DNA of 54,288 nucleotides from Minisyncoccota bacterium. Its GTDB lineage: Bacteria > Patescibacteriota > Minisyncoccia > Phycocordibacterales > Zambryskibacteraceae. Each line of letters begins with the position of its first letter. Positions within the stretch are counted from its first letter, which is position 1. The stretch is from NCBI GenBank assembly GCA_025450175.1, contig JANWHY010000008.1:1-54288 (forward strand), given 5' to 3'. The position numbers were made by a program, and so were the translations under genes. Positions 37,574-45,110 of the stretch are shown here, one piece after another. Below the pieces are notes generated by a model. The model did no database searches. It was not told the DNA's origin and saw only the letters and a list, made by a program, of their open reading frames with translations.

Positions 37574-38338
37574 TTATACCAGCAATCCTTGAATAATCTT
37601 CTTCGTTTCTTCCGGATTCTTAACAGCGATACACTTTCCCGCCACTCTAAGTGCTGGCGAGTCGTTCCCCCCGGGCTGGAGCTCATCACCGACGAAGAGG
37701 AGGTGTGTACTTTCTGTGCCTAAGTACTTCAGGAGCTTCTCAAGGCCGTAGGCCTTATCTATCCACTTGCGTGTGACATCTATAGAGGTGGCTCCCCCAA
37801 TGTGAGAGGCAAAGTCTGGCAGATACTTAGCTAAGACTGTGATCATCTCCTCACGCTTCTTGTGGTCCTTGTCCCAAGCCTCTTTGACCTCGAGAGGTGC
37901 ACTCTGGCCGAAGGCCGAGAAGGTAATCTGCGAACCTCGATCTTCTATCACTTCGCCATAGACATGTTGAGGTATGACAAACCCCACTTCGGCGAACATC
38001 TTGTCGAAGGCTTCATAAATTTTCTTCTTCTCATCTTCCGAGAGTTGGTCTGAGGGAGGGCACTGCCAATCTTCCTCACCATAGGTACACAAGGTAGAGC
38101 CGTTAGTTGGAAGGAGATATAAATTCTTGAGAAGATCCGCATCTTTGGTCAGGTGGGTAAGGATCTGATTCTTAAACTGACTGAAGGAGGCCCCGGAGAT
38201 AATAGCTACCTTATAGCGAGCCAGGAGTTTATTTAAAAGATCGGACATGTCGGTATCGACATTGGGATTGTCTTCTATAGGAGACTTGGAGCGAGTCAAA
38301 GTGCCATCTATATCGAAGGCAATAATTTCTGGAGTCAT
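37574..38338 (-). CDS. HAD-IIB hydrolase, eukaryote-type phosphomannomutase-like
   Basis: FDIDGTLT nucleophile motif, VAIISGASF, GGATSIDVT..IDKAYGL and FVGDELQPGGNDSPA. The start is the ATG at 38338. Confidence 0.78.
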   Translation of the reverse strand: MTPEIIAFDIDGTLTRSKSPIEDNPNVDTDMSDLLNKLLARYKVAIISGASFSQFKNQILTHLTKDADLLKNLYLLPTNGSTLCTYGEEDWQCPPSDQLSEDEKKKIYEAFDKMFAEVGFVIPQHVYGEVIEDRGSQITFSAFGQSAPLEVKEAWDKDHKKREEMITVLAKYLPDFASHIGGATSIDVTRKWIDKAYGLEKLLKYLGTESTHLLFVGDELQPGGNDSPALRVAGKCIAVKNPEETKKIIQGLLV

Positions 38339-38368
38339 GGGAGAATTATAACAAAGAAATAACACCCA

Positions 38369-38587
38369 CTAATTATTTATGGCCTTATTCCAGTTGTGCT
38401 CTAGTAGCTCTTTAGCATGGTTAGCCTGATTGATAACTTCGAACTGTCCGGATTCGGTCCTTTGTATAGGAGAGGTGCGAGAGGAGATGCTGAACTTTGG
38501 CATTATCTTCAAAGCCAAGTAAGCCATTATAAATGTGGCGATCAAGAGAGCGAGTAATCCAATAAAACCTTTTTGAGTATTTTGCAT
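38369..38587 (-). CDS. Small membrane protein with a pilin-like N-terminus
   Basis: 72 aa. MQNTQKGFIGLLALLIATFIMAYLAL resembles a class III (prepilin) signal but lacks Glu+5. Its ATG is 1 nt downstream of the tRNA-His 3' end. Confidence 0.5.
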   Translation of the reverse strand: MQNTQKGFIGLLALLIATFIMAYLALKIMPKFSISSRTSPIQRTESGQFEVINQANHAKELLEHNWNKAINN

Positions 38588-38588
38588 G

Positions 38589-38660
38589 GGTGCCTACCCG
38601 GTGCTGCCCCGGGACTTAGAGATCCACAATCTCTTGTGCTGCTGCTACACCATAGGCACC
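38589..38660 (-). tRNA. tRNA-His (GUG) with non-canonical D and T loops
   Basis: Minus strand: g-gtgccta-tg-gtgt-agcagca-gcac-a-agaga-ttGTGga-tctct-aagt-cccgg-ggcagca-ccggg-taggcac-c. All four stems pair, with one G.U. A G-1:C73 pair is present and no CCA is encoded. Confidence 0.7.
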
Positions 38661-38694
38661 ATCAACCGAACATTTATATCATATACTATGCGGG

Positions 38695-39222
38695 ATGGGA
38701 AAAACTTTAAAACCAGAATTTTTTGAGAGGAAGACATTGGTAGTAGCTAGGGGTCTCTTGGGGAAGGTCTTAGTGCGGAAAAATGGGAAGAAAATTATTC
38801 GCCAAGTTATTACCGAGACCGAGGCTTATGTTGGCCCGCACGATCTAGCTTGCCACTCATCGCGCGGGAGGACAGCTCGATGCGAGCCAATGTTCGACGA
38901 AGCTGGCACCATTTACGTCTACTTCACCTATGGCATGCACTGGATGCTCAATATCGTGACAGAGGAGAAAGACTTCCCCGCGGCAGTCCTTATACGAGGA
39001 ACAGATCAAGTTTCTGGCCCCGCTCGTCTAACGAAAGCTCTCAATATTGATAAGAAGTTAAATGGTCAGAAACTTGGTAAAAAGTCTGGCCTCTGGATCG
39101 AGCAAGCTAGTGAAGCTATTGAAGCTAGGAAGCTACGTATCATCCGTACTCCCCGTATTGGCGTCGCCTACGCCAAAGAGGGTTGGGCCAACAAACCTTA
39201 CCGATTTATATTAAAGCCCTAA
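38695..39222 (+). CDS. mpg: DNA-3-methyladenine glycosylase (Mpg/AAG family)
   Basis: VARGLLGKVL, ITETEAYVGPHDLACHS, GTIYVYFTYGMHWMLNIV and AVLIRG motifs. Confidence 0.9.
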   Translation: MGKTLKPEFFERKTLVVARGLLGKVLVRKNGKKIIRQVITETEAYVGPHDLACHSSRGRTARCEPMFDEAGTIYVYFTYGMHWMLNIVTEEKDFPAAVLIRGTDQVSGPARLTKALNIDKKLNGQKLGKKSGLWIEQASEAIEARKLRIIRTPRIGVAYAKEGWANKPYRFILKP

Positions 39223-39226
39223 TATT

Positions 39227-40318
39227 TTATAGAAGCTCTTCTTTGGTCTCAGGCGTAGCTGAAGATTCTTCTATACGAAATTTTACTCTGCCAATCACCT
39301 GCCCTCGCTCGGTCTCTACATTGACTCTCCAAAGGCCAGGCGCCAAACTCTCCTTCTTAGAGAACCCTCGGTAACCTGCATCTCGCCCCCCGCGGATTGG
39401 GAAAGCGATCTTGGTAGTAGTGACCCACCTACTTTTACTCGAGTCGAAGTGCTGCCAATTATGTACTACCTCTACATTGAGATCAGTGGGGGCAAAGACA
39501 GAGCTAAAGGCGTATAGAGATTGGCCCGGCGCTATTAAGATCTTCGGTGGTAGAAGGAAGCTGAGACGGTCATACCAGTGTGACACTCTACCGGTAGCCA
39601 GATAGTCATCGCCTATCCGTTGGACTGAGTAATAAATGCCCGCGTCTTTAAGAGCAAGAGGTATAGGCGGGATGAGGTTCGTGAAGTAGAGGATGTTGAT
39701 GACGACAAAGATCGAGAGGACAGAGCGAGAGAGATTCTTCTTATTGACATCGAAGTGTAAGGGGGTAAATCTTTTTAGAATCTTCGAGAAGAGGATGATG
39801 AAGACGAGACTCACCAGGCCACTCAGAAGAAATATGATAGAGCCCATCCTACTGATCATCACCGGGACGAAGAAGATGAAGAAGGAGAAGATCGCGATGA
39901 AATAGATTGAGGTTTGGAAGACGATCCTCTCATAATAATTCTTGAAGAACTCATTCCCCACCAAGAGGAAGAGTAGGATAAAGACAAATGACCAACTGGA
40001 GCCAAGCGTCGCGCTCCGAGTATAGAAGATAAAGAAAGCTGAGAAGAGACCACCGAATGCAAACTGGATGAAGAAGGGTAAGAAGCTTCGCACCTTAACG
40101 AGCCAGGTCCTCTCTGTAGGATATTCGCGGAAGTAGTTGAAGAGCACGATGCTTATGCCCGATAAGACCAGATAGAAGATGATGGTCAGGTTCTCAAATA
40201 AGAAATCGATTCTCCTTATAGTGAAGCTATCGAAGATGAAGCCGCCCACAAGCGAGAGCGAAGAAATATGTCTCTCGTACTTTTCAAAAAATGCTTCTAG
40301 CTTAGAAAAGAGGGTCAT
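39227..40318 (-). CDS. Polytopic membrane protein with a C-terminal beta-rich domain (DUF2914-like)
   Basis: 363 aa with about 7 TM segments, followed by a ~110-aa soluble C-terminus (GLWRVNVETERGQVIGRVKFRIE). The family name is from memory and is tentative. Confidence 0.55.
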   Translation of the reverse strand: MTLFSKLEAFFEKYERHISSLSLVGGFIFDSFTIRRIDFLFENLTIIFYLVLSGISIVLFNYFREYPTERTWLVKVRSFLPFFIQFAFGGLFSAFFIFYTRSATLGSSWSFVFILLFLLVGNEFFKNYYERIVFQTSIYFIAIFSFFIFFVPVMISRMGSIIFLLSGLVSLVFIILFSKILKRFTPLHFDVNKKNLSRSVLSIFVVINILYFTNLIPPIPLALKDAGIYYSVQRIGDDYLATGRVSHWYDRLSFLLPPKILIAPGQSLYAFSSVFAPTDLNVEVVHNWQHFDSSKSRWVTTTKIAFPIRGGRDAGYRGFSKKESLAPGLWRVNVETERGQVIGRVKFRIEESSATPETKEELL

Positions 40319-40326
40319 TTAAATAC

Positions 40327-40412
40327 TGGTGCGCGGGAGAGGACTTGAACCTCCACGCCCTAAGGGCACTACCACCTCAAGGTAGCTTGTCTACCAATTT
40401 CAACACCCGCGC
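40327..40412 (-). tRNA. tRNA-Leu (GAG), CCA encoded
   Basis: gcgcggg...gctacc-ttGAGgt-ggtag with a long variable arm and the T arm ggagg-ttcaagt-cctct, ending in acca. Confidence 0.92.
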
Positions 40413-40433
40413 TTAGGATTACAATAACAATTA

Positions 40434-40538
40434 GCCGAAGTAAAGTAAATTTCGTGACTCTCGCAGTGCGACGGCGCGAGAGAGCGAAATTCTTAACAAA
40501 GAATTATCGCGAGTCTAAGAAATTTACTTTACTTCGGC
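40434..40538 (-). repeat. 20-bp perfect inverted repeat forming a ~105-nt hairpin between rplS and tRNA-Leu
   Basis: gccgaagtaaagtaaatttc (40434-40453) is the exact reverse complement of 40519-40538. The right arm comprises the last 4 rplS codons, TAA and 5 further nt. Confidence 0.85.
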
Positions 40539-40937
40539 CTCAACTTCGACAGGAGCCTCTTCTGTATCCTTGGCGAGACGGATATTCCTCATCTGGCGAC
40601 TAATCTCTTTGGCTGCCTTCTCGCGGATGTGATAAAGCTTGGCGCGACGAACCTTAGAGCGCTTGAGGATTTCTATTTTATCTATAACTGGAGAGTAGAG
40701 GGGAAAGATCTTCTCAACGCCCACACCCGAGGCTACGCGGCGGACGGTAAAGGTCGCCCCTGACTCAGACCCATGCTTACGAGCAAGTACCAAACCCTCG
40801 AAGGCCTGGAGGCGGGTCTTACCCTTCTCTTGGATCTTCTGCCAGACACGCACAGTATCACCAGCTCGGAGATCGAGCTTCTTGCGAGCTTCTATATCGA
40901 CTGGACTAATGATTTTCCCCGCCATATAAGTGAGCAT
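40524..40937 (-). CDS. rplS: 50S ribosomal protein L19
   Basis: GDTVRVWQKIQEKGKTRLQAFEGLVLARKHG..ATFTVRR...GVEKIFPLYSP.IDKIEI. Confidence 0.95.
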   Translation of the reverse strand: MLTYMAGKIISPVDIEARKKLDLRAGDTVRVWQKIQEKGKTRLQAFEGLVLARKHGSESGATFTVRRVASGVGVEKIFPLYSPVIDKIEILKRSKVRRAKLYHIREKAAKEISRQMRNIRLAKDTEEAPVEVEAEVK

Positions 40938-40951
40938 TAATCTAACACAGA

Positions 40952-41695
40952 TTAAGCTATTGAGTCTAGGGCTGTTTGAAAATCTATTGGATACGGAGCC
41001 TCTATGGCGACTGTTTCCTTTTGTAGATTTTTGAAAGTGATACTCCGAGCATGTAGTGCTAAGCGCTCGAAGCCAAGGATGGTTTGTCTATGTGGAGCAT
41101 AAAGCCTGTCACATACGACAGGATGACCGATAGCCTTGAAATGCACCCGTAGCTGATGCGTCCTTCCGGTCTTCGGCCGCGCTTCTATGAAAGTGGCTTT
41201 CTCATCACCCGTCCGCTTGAGCACCTTGTACTCTGTAAGAGCCTCTCGCACTTGCCCTCTCACATCACCTTCTGCTGACCACTTGCGGAAGTTGCCAATC
41301 TTCCTCCCAATTTTAAAATCGATTACCCCACTATCATTCTCTACTTCGCCATATACAAAGGCGTGATAGATCTTCTCCATCTCTCTCTTTTGAAACTGAC
41401 TCTTGAGATGCGCATGCCCCTCAGCAGTCTTCGTAAGGAGAAGCACCCCAGATGTCTCACGATCTATGCGATGCACAACCCCCGGCCTCTCTATAAAAGC
41501 ATCTGGCATCCCACTCCTACCCTCAAGCTTAAGGGGCTCGCCCACATCTTTAGACTCTGGATATTTACCTATGAACCACTCAGAAACACTTGGCTCTACT
41601 GTCCTACCATCGGAATGCACCACCAATCCTGCCGGCTTGTTGATAGCTACGATATCAACATCTTCGTAAAGAATAAATTCTCTTAGATCGATCAC
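40952..41695 (-). CDS. RluA-family pseudouridine synthase
   Basis: VVHRIDRETSGVLLL (catalytic Asp) and TGRTHQLRVH motifs. The protein is 247 aa and has no S4 domain. Confidence 0.88.
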   Translation of the reverse strand: MIDLREFILYEDVDIVAINKPAGLVVHSDGRTVEPSVSEWFIGKYPESKDVGEPLKLEGRSGMPDAFIERPGVVHRIDRETSGVLLLTKTAEGHAHLKSQFQKREMEKIYHAFVYGEVENDSGVIDFKIGRKIGNFRKWSAEGDVRGQVREALTEYKVLKRTGDEKATFIEARPKTGRTHQLRVHFKAIGHPVVCDRLYAPHRQTILGFERLALHARSITFKNLQKETVAIEAPYPIDFQTALDSIA

Positions 41696-41699
41696 AGTG

Positions 41700-41772
41700 T
41701 GCGGGATGGAGGGCTCGAACCCCCGACATCGTCAGTGTAAATGACGCGCTCTACCAACTGAGCTAATCCCGC
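41700..41772 (-). tRNA. tRNA-Val (UAC)
   Basis: gcgggat-ta-gctc-agttggtag-agc..cgtca-ttTACac-tgacg..ggggg-ttcgagc-cctcc-atcccgc-a. No CCA is encoded. Confidence 0.92.
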
Positions 41773-41812
41773 AATGGCATGATGGTATCATATGTTGTAT
41801 TCTTTTTGCACT

Positions 41813-41895
41813 GAGCACGTGGCGGAATGGCAGACGCGCTGGATTCAGGTTCCAGTGGGAGCAATCCCGTGGAGGTTCAACTCCTCTCGTGCTCA
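41813..41895 (+). tRNA. tRNA-Leu (CAG)
   Basis: gagcacg...ctgga-ttCAGgt-tccag with a long variable arm, ggagg-ttcaact-cctct and cgtgctc-a. Confidence 0.92.
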
Positions 41896-42630
41896 CAACT
41901 GCCCGAAGTCGAGTGGGTATATAGATCCCGAAGAACGCACGCTAGCGAGTCGCAAAACTGTTTCGACAAACTCATTTACTGCCTCCTTGTCATTGATGGG
42001 GTATTGGATTATGGATTGATCTCTAGTCTCTTGCCACTCTACCTCTGTTAAATCAGGAGGTCTTAATACCGGTCCGGGAGCAATAGAGTTTATAAAAATG
42101 CCGCGCGCCCCAAGTTCTGGTGCGAGAGCTCGAGTAAGAGATGCCACTGCCCCCTTGGTTACTACATATGGAGCGTAGCCAGGATAAACTCTACCAATGG
42201 CAGTACGATCGGAGATAGTAACAATATGAGAACCAGCAGGCATTAAGTCCAAACTTGCCTGAATAGGCCAGAAGGTACCCTTGGCGTGGACCGCGAAGTT
42301 CGCCTCCCAATCTTTTTCCGTAATATCTTCAAGTTTCACTGGCTTAAAGATGGATGCAAGCAAGACGAGGAGGTCGAGTTTACCAAACTTCTCTCTAATC
42401 TTCTTTACAGCTTCCATCACACTTTCTTTATTAGTTACATCAGCCTGTAAGGTGAGGACCTCTATCCCATAAGGTCGCACTTTCTCTACTATCTCTAGAG
42501 CCTCTTCTTGTGAGGACTTGTAACTTATTACAAGCTTAGCTCCTCTCTCTGCTAGAGCCACAGCAATAGCCTGGCCAATGCGCTTGCCTCCCGTAATCCA
42601 CGCTGTTTTATTTTTCAAAGGGGAATTCAT
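41893..42630 (-). CDS. Short-chain dehydrogenase/reductase (SDR) family oxidoreductase
   Basis: The TGGKRIGQAIA cofactor motif and the YVVTKGAV (YxxxK) catalytic motif. The protein is 245 aa. Confidence 0.85.
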   Translation of the reverse strand: MNSPLKNKTAWITGGKRIGQAIAVALAERGAKLVISYKSSQEEALEIVEKVRPYGIEVLTLQADVTNKESVMEAVKKIREKFGKLDLLVLLASIFKPVKLEDITEKDWEANFAVHAKGTFWPIQASLDLMPAGSHIVTISDRTAIGRVYPGYAPYVVTKGAVASLTRALAPELGARGIFINSIAPGPVLRPPDLTEVEWQETRDQSIIQYPINDKEAVNEFVETVLRLASVRSSGSIYPLDFGQL

Positions 42631-42664
42631 AAACGAATTTTAATATGCTAGCATACCTTCAACT

Positions 42665-42736
42665 GCTCCCGTAGCTCAATGGATAGAGTAGGTCTCTTCT
42701 AAGGACTTGATGTAGGTTCGATTCCTACCGGGAGCA
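42665..42736 (+). tRNA. tRNA-Arg (UCU)
   Basis: gctcccg-ta-gctc-aatggata-gagt-a-ggtct-ctTCTaa-ggact-tgat-gtagg-ttcgatt-cctac-cgggagc-a. Confidence 0.9.
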
Positions 42737-42742
42737 CAGCAA

Positions 42743-43063
42743 TTAGATGGATGGATCTGAAGAAGTGATACCTCCCTTCTTTATCCTATCGAACTCTATG
42801 GCCTTACCTTCGTAATACTCCACCGTCTCTTCTAACTTCTTGATATCAAAAGTTTTTACTTGGTTGTCCGTATCTTCTTTAGTTACGAAAATTTCTCTCC
42901 GGTCGATGCCGACAAACATATATGCCGCAAAAACGATCACCACGAGAGAGAGTGTGACGCCGGAGAGGAAGATGATCATCCAATCCGTCTCAGCACTTGT
43001 GTCGTATCCTGAATGGAAGTTCAGTTTGAAGTTGAGATTAAACTTTTTTGGAGTGTCGGCCAT
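42743..43063 (-). CDS. Hypothetical single-TM protein, last gene of the pilMNO operon
   Basis: 106 aa with the TM segment WMIIFLSGVTLSLVVIVFAAYMFVG. It starts 2 nt after the PilO-like stop. Confidence 0.5.
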   Translation of the reverse strand: MADTPKKFNLNFKLNFHSGYDTSAETDWMIIFLSGVTLSLVVIVFAAYMFVGIDRREIFVTKEDTDNQVKTFDIKKLEETVEYYEGKAIEFDRIKKGGITSSDPSI

Positions 43064-43064
43064 G

Positions 43065-43580
43065 TTAGTCGAATGAGTGTACTAATACTACTATGCGCGA
43101 CTGCCACCCCTTCTCCTCAGCCTTAGAAAGATTGATACTCTCCACCATCACCCTCGTAGGCAAGCTCTCAATAGCCGCAAGATAGGAGAAGTTCCCTTGC
43201 CACGATCCACTTGTATCTATCGCAATCTTAAATGTCGGAGGTTCGGGAGAGTCCTTAACTTCTACTCTATCTACGGAGACAATCTTGACCTCAAGCCCAA
43301 GCTCTTTCCCCACTCCCTCAATACTCTCGATGAAGGAGACGAGCTTAGCACTCGAGAGAGTCAGGCTGTCGAATGTTCTAAGAGATTGTCCTGCTTCAGC
43401 TTGGACCGTCTGGATAAATTGCGTAAGCACATCTACTTCGGCCAAGTGCTCGGCTTCGTGCAAGAGTTCTGAGGCTTGGTTGTTCTTGGTCTTAATCTGC
43501 CAGAGACCAAAGCCCAGTATCCCCATAAGGATAAGGGTGACGAATGCCATCAATATGAGAGAAAATTTTGTATTAGTCAT
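43065..43580 (-). CDS. pilO: PilO-like type IV pilus assembly protein
   Basis: 171 aa with an N-terminal TM, a coiled segment and a C-terminal beta domain. It has a 4-nt ATGA overlap with the PilN-like gene. The assignment rests on architecture and operon position. Confidence 0.5.
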   Translation of the reverse strand: MTNTKFSLILMAFVTLILMGILGFGLWQIKTKNNQASELLHEAEHLAEVDVLTQFIQTVQAEAGQSLRTFDSLTLSSAKLVSFIESIEGVGKELGLEVKIVSVDRVEVKDSPEPPTFKIAIDTSGSWQGNFSYLAAIESLPTRVMVESINLSKAEEKGWQSRIVVLVHSFD

Positions 43581-44146
43581 CGTGGCGTTGTAGTAGTCGC
43601 CTCTTTGAAGCGAGCAAGATCTGGCGTTAGCTCCATTTGGAAGTTGATATCCTCATCTTCGGCCAAGTTGGAGAAGGGCAACACCACCCCGGTGAAGTAG
43701 CCTGTCGCTCCCACCTTGTCGCGGAAGGCGATAAGAGTCTTACGATCTTTAGCTATACCACCGGCGATGACCTTGATCTTCTCCTTATCCTTGAGCCAAG
43801 TTAGGCTCTCTATAGTAATACCCTCGACTCTCTCCTTAATAACCTTATCTATCACAAGGGAGGGCTTGTCCTTGTCGAGTATGGGCGAGAGTACTCGTAA
43901 CTTCTTATTAATAGTATTGAGCCAAGCTTCTGGGTCACTAGACCTGTTGGGACGCACCTCGGAGAGACTCTCGACCCGGCCCTTAGCCTCATCGAGGCGC
44001 ACATTCGACATCATATAAGAAGGGAGGAGTCCGATAATCCCAATGAGAAGGACTAGACTTAGAGTCATAAGAATCATGATAAGTCGGCGGCGAGAGTACT
44101 CGCCTTCTACCTTGACTCGCTCTTCGTCTGTTAGAAGTTTAAACAT
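43577..44146 (-). CDS. pilN: PilN-like type IV pilus assembly protein
   Basis: A charged N-terminus (EERVKVEGEYSRRR) is followed by a TM and a periplasmic domain. The ATG at 44146 overlaps the pilM stop by 8 nt. Confidence 0.55.
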   Translation of the reverse strand: MFKLLTDEERVKVEGEYSRRRLIMILMTLSLVLLIGIIGLLPSYMMSNVRLDEAKGRVESLSEVRPNRSSDPEAWLNTINKKLRVLSPILDKDKPSLVIDKVIKERVEGITIESLTWLKDKEKIKVIAGGIAKDRKTLIAFRDKVGATGYFTGVVLPFSNLAEDEDINFQMELTPDLARFKEATTTTPR

Positions 44147-45110
44147 GTTTAGTCTTGCGCCCGGAGAGAGCTGAGCCAATAGCGGCGGCGTAGTCGAGAG
44201 ACTCATCTCTAATCTCTGGTGAGAGATTCACTTTAGAAGAAGCAGATAGATTGACCCAGGCATCAGCTCGCTCATAACTCAGTTTGTAATCTCCGAAGCT
44301 CGCTACGAAGTCGTTATCGACTCTCTTCCCACACAAAAAAGCTTTCTCAATCTTGTGAGGAGTGTCTAGAGAGGAGTGGCGTGCTTCCCAAAAGGTGAGG
44401 ACCTTCCTCATCTCTGCCCCCACATCGCTTGTAAGAGCAACCGTGGTACTAAACTGCACTGCCCCATTCTCTACAATGTAGAAACCAGTTTTGTATTGGT
44501 AGAAATTGATAAGAAGATAAGGAGTCTTGTCTCCCCGCTGAATAACCGCGCGAGCTATAGCTTGAGACTCTACGTCGAAGGAGACTGGGGTAATCCCTGC
44601 GCGCTCGAAGAGGTCTATGTAAGTACTCACAATATCTTTAGACAAGACAGAGACGGCCACCTTGAATTTGTCTGGCTGCTTATCTACTACTGTGAAGTCG
44701 AAGACCGAGTCTAGAAGAGACACCGGGGCATTCTCCTCGACGATGAAGGCCACTGCATCTCTCATCGACTCCTTAGGTACACGGTCGATGGTGGCGGTAA
44801 AAACATAAGACCTTTCGTCTGGGAGGGTGGCGCGGGTGTAGCGGATATGATGGTGCGACTTAATCTCCTTCAATATAGAGATGATCTCCTCACCTCGAGT
44901 GACAAGTCCGCCAGTGACAGCACCTTTAGGATTCATACTCTGACTTGAGTGGACGAGCCGGAAGCCATCACCAAGCACTTCTCTCTTCAACTCCACAAAC
45001 TTAGTATCGTAGTCGGTAATAGACACGCCCGAGGTGGAGAGCATTAGAAACTCTGGCGCAGGGAAAAGATTGAGGAAGGCTCGTTGCTTTACCTTAAGAG
45101 TGCTACTCAT
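44139..45110 (-). CDS. pilM: PilM-like actin-fold type IV pilus assembly protein
   Basis: 323 aa. The gene order (pilM-pilN-pilO) and the two-lobed ASKHA-like pattern fit PilM (GVSITDYDTKFVEL..., ITPVSFDVESQAIARAV, LDYAAAIGSAL). Confidence 0.6.
   Translation of the reverse strand: MSSTLKVKQRAFLNLFPAPEFLMLSTSGVSITDYDTKFVELKREVLGDGFRLVHSSQSMNPKGAVTGGLVTRGEEIISILKEIKSHHHIRYTRATLPDERSYVFTATIDRVPKESMRDAVAFIVEENAPVSLLDSVFDFTVVDKQPDKFKVAVSVLSKDIVSTYIDLFERAGITPVSFDVESQAIARAVIQRGDKTPYLLINFYQYKTGFYIVENGAVQFSTTVALTSDVGAEMRKVLTFWEARHSSLDTPHKIEKAFLCGKRVDNDFVASFGDYKLSYERADAWVNLSASSKVNLSPEIRDESLDYAAAIGSALSGRKTKHV

Noticed and set aside
38588-38660. The structured intergenic element was first considered as an SRP RNA or other small ncRNA, because of a GGTGCTG-like string and an 8-bp closing stem.
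   Set aside because: It lacks the SRP domain IV consensus. Its reverse complement folds as a complete cloverleaf with a GUG anticodon and G-1:C73, so it is called tRNA-His instead.
41792-42051. Two plus-strand ORFs of 74-75 aa, and the minus-strand ORF at 45629-45856.
   Set aside because: They are built from tRNA-Leu(CAG) or tRNA-Ser(UGA) sequence plus the antisense of neighbouring genes, so they are not coding.
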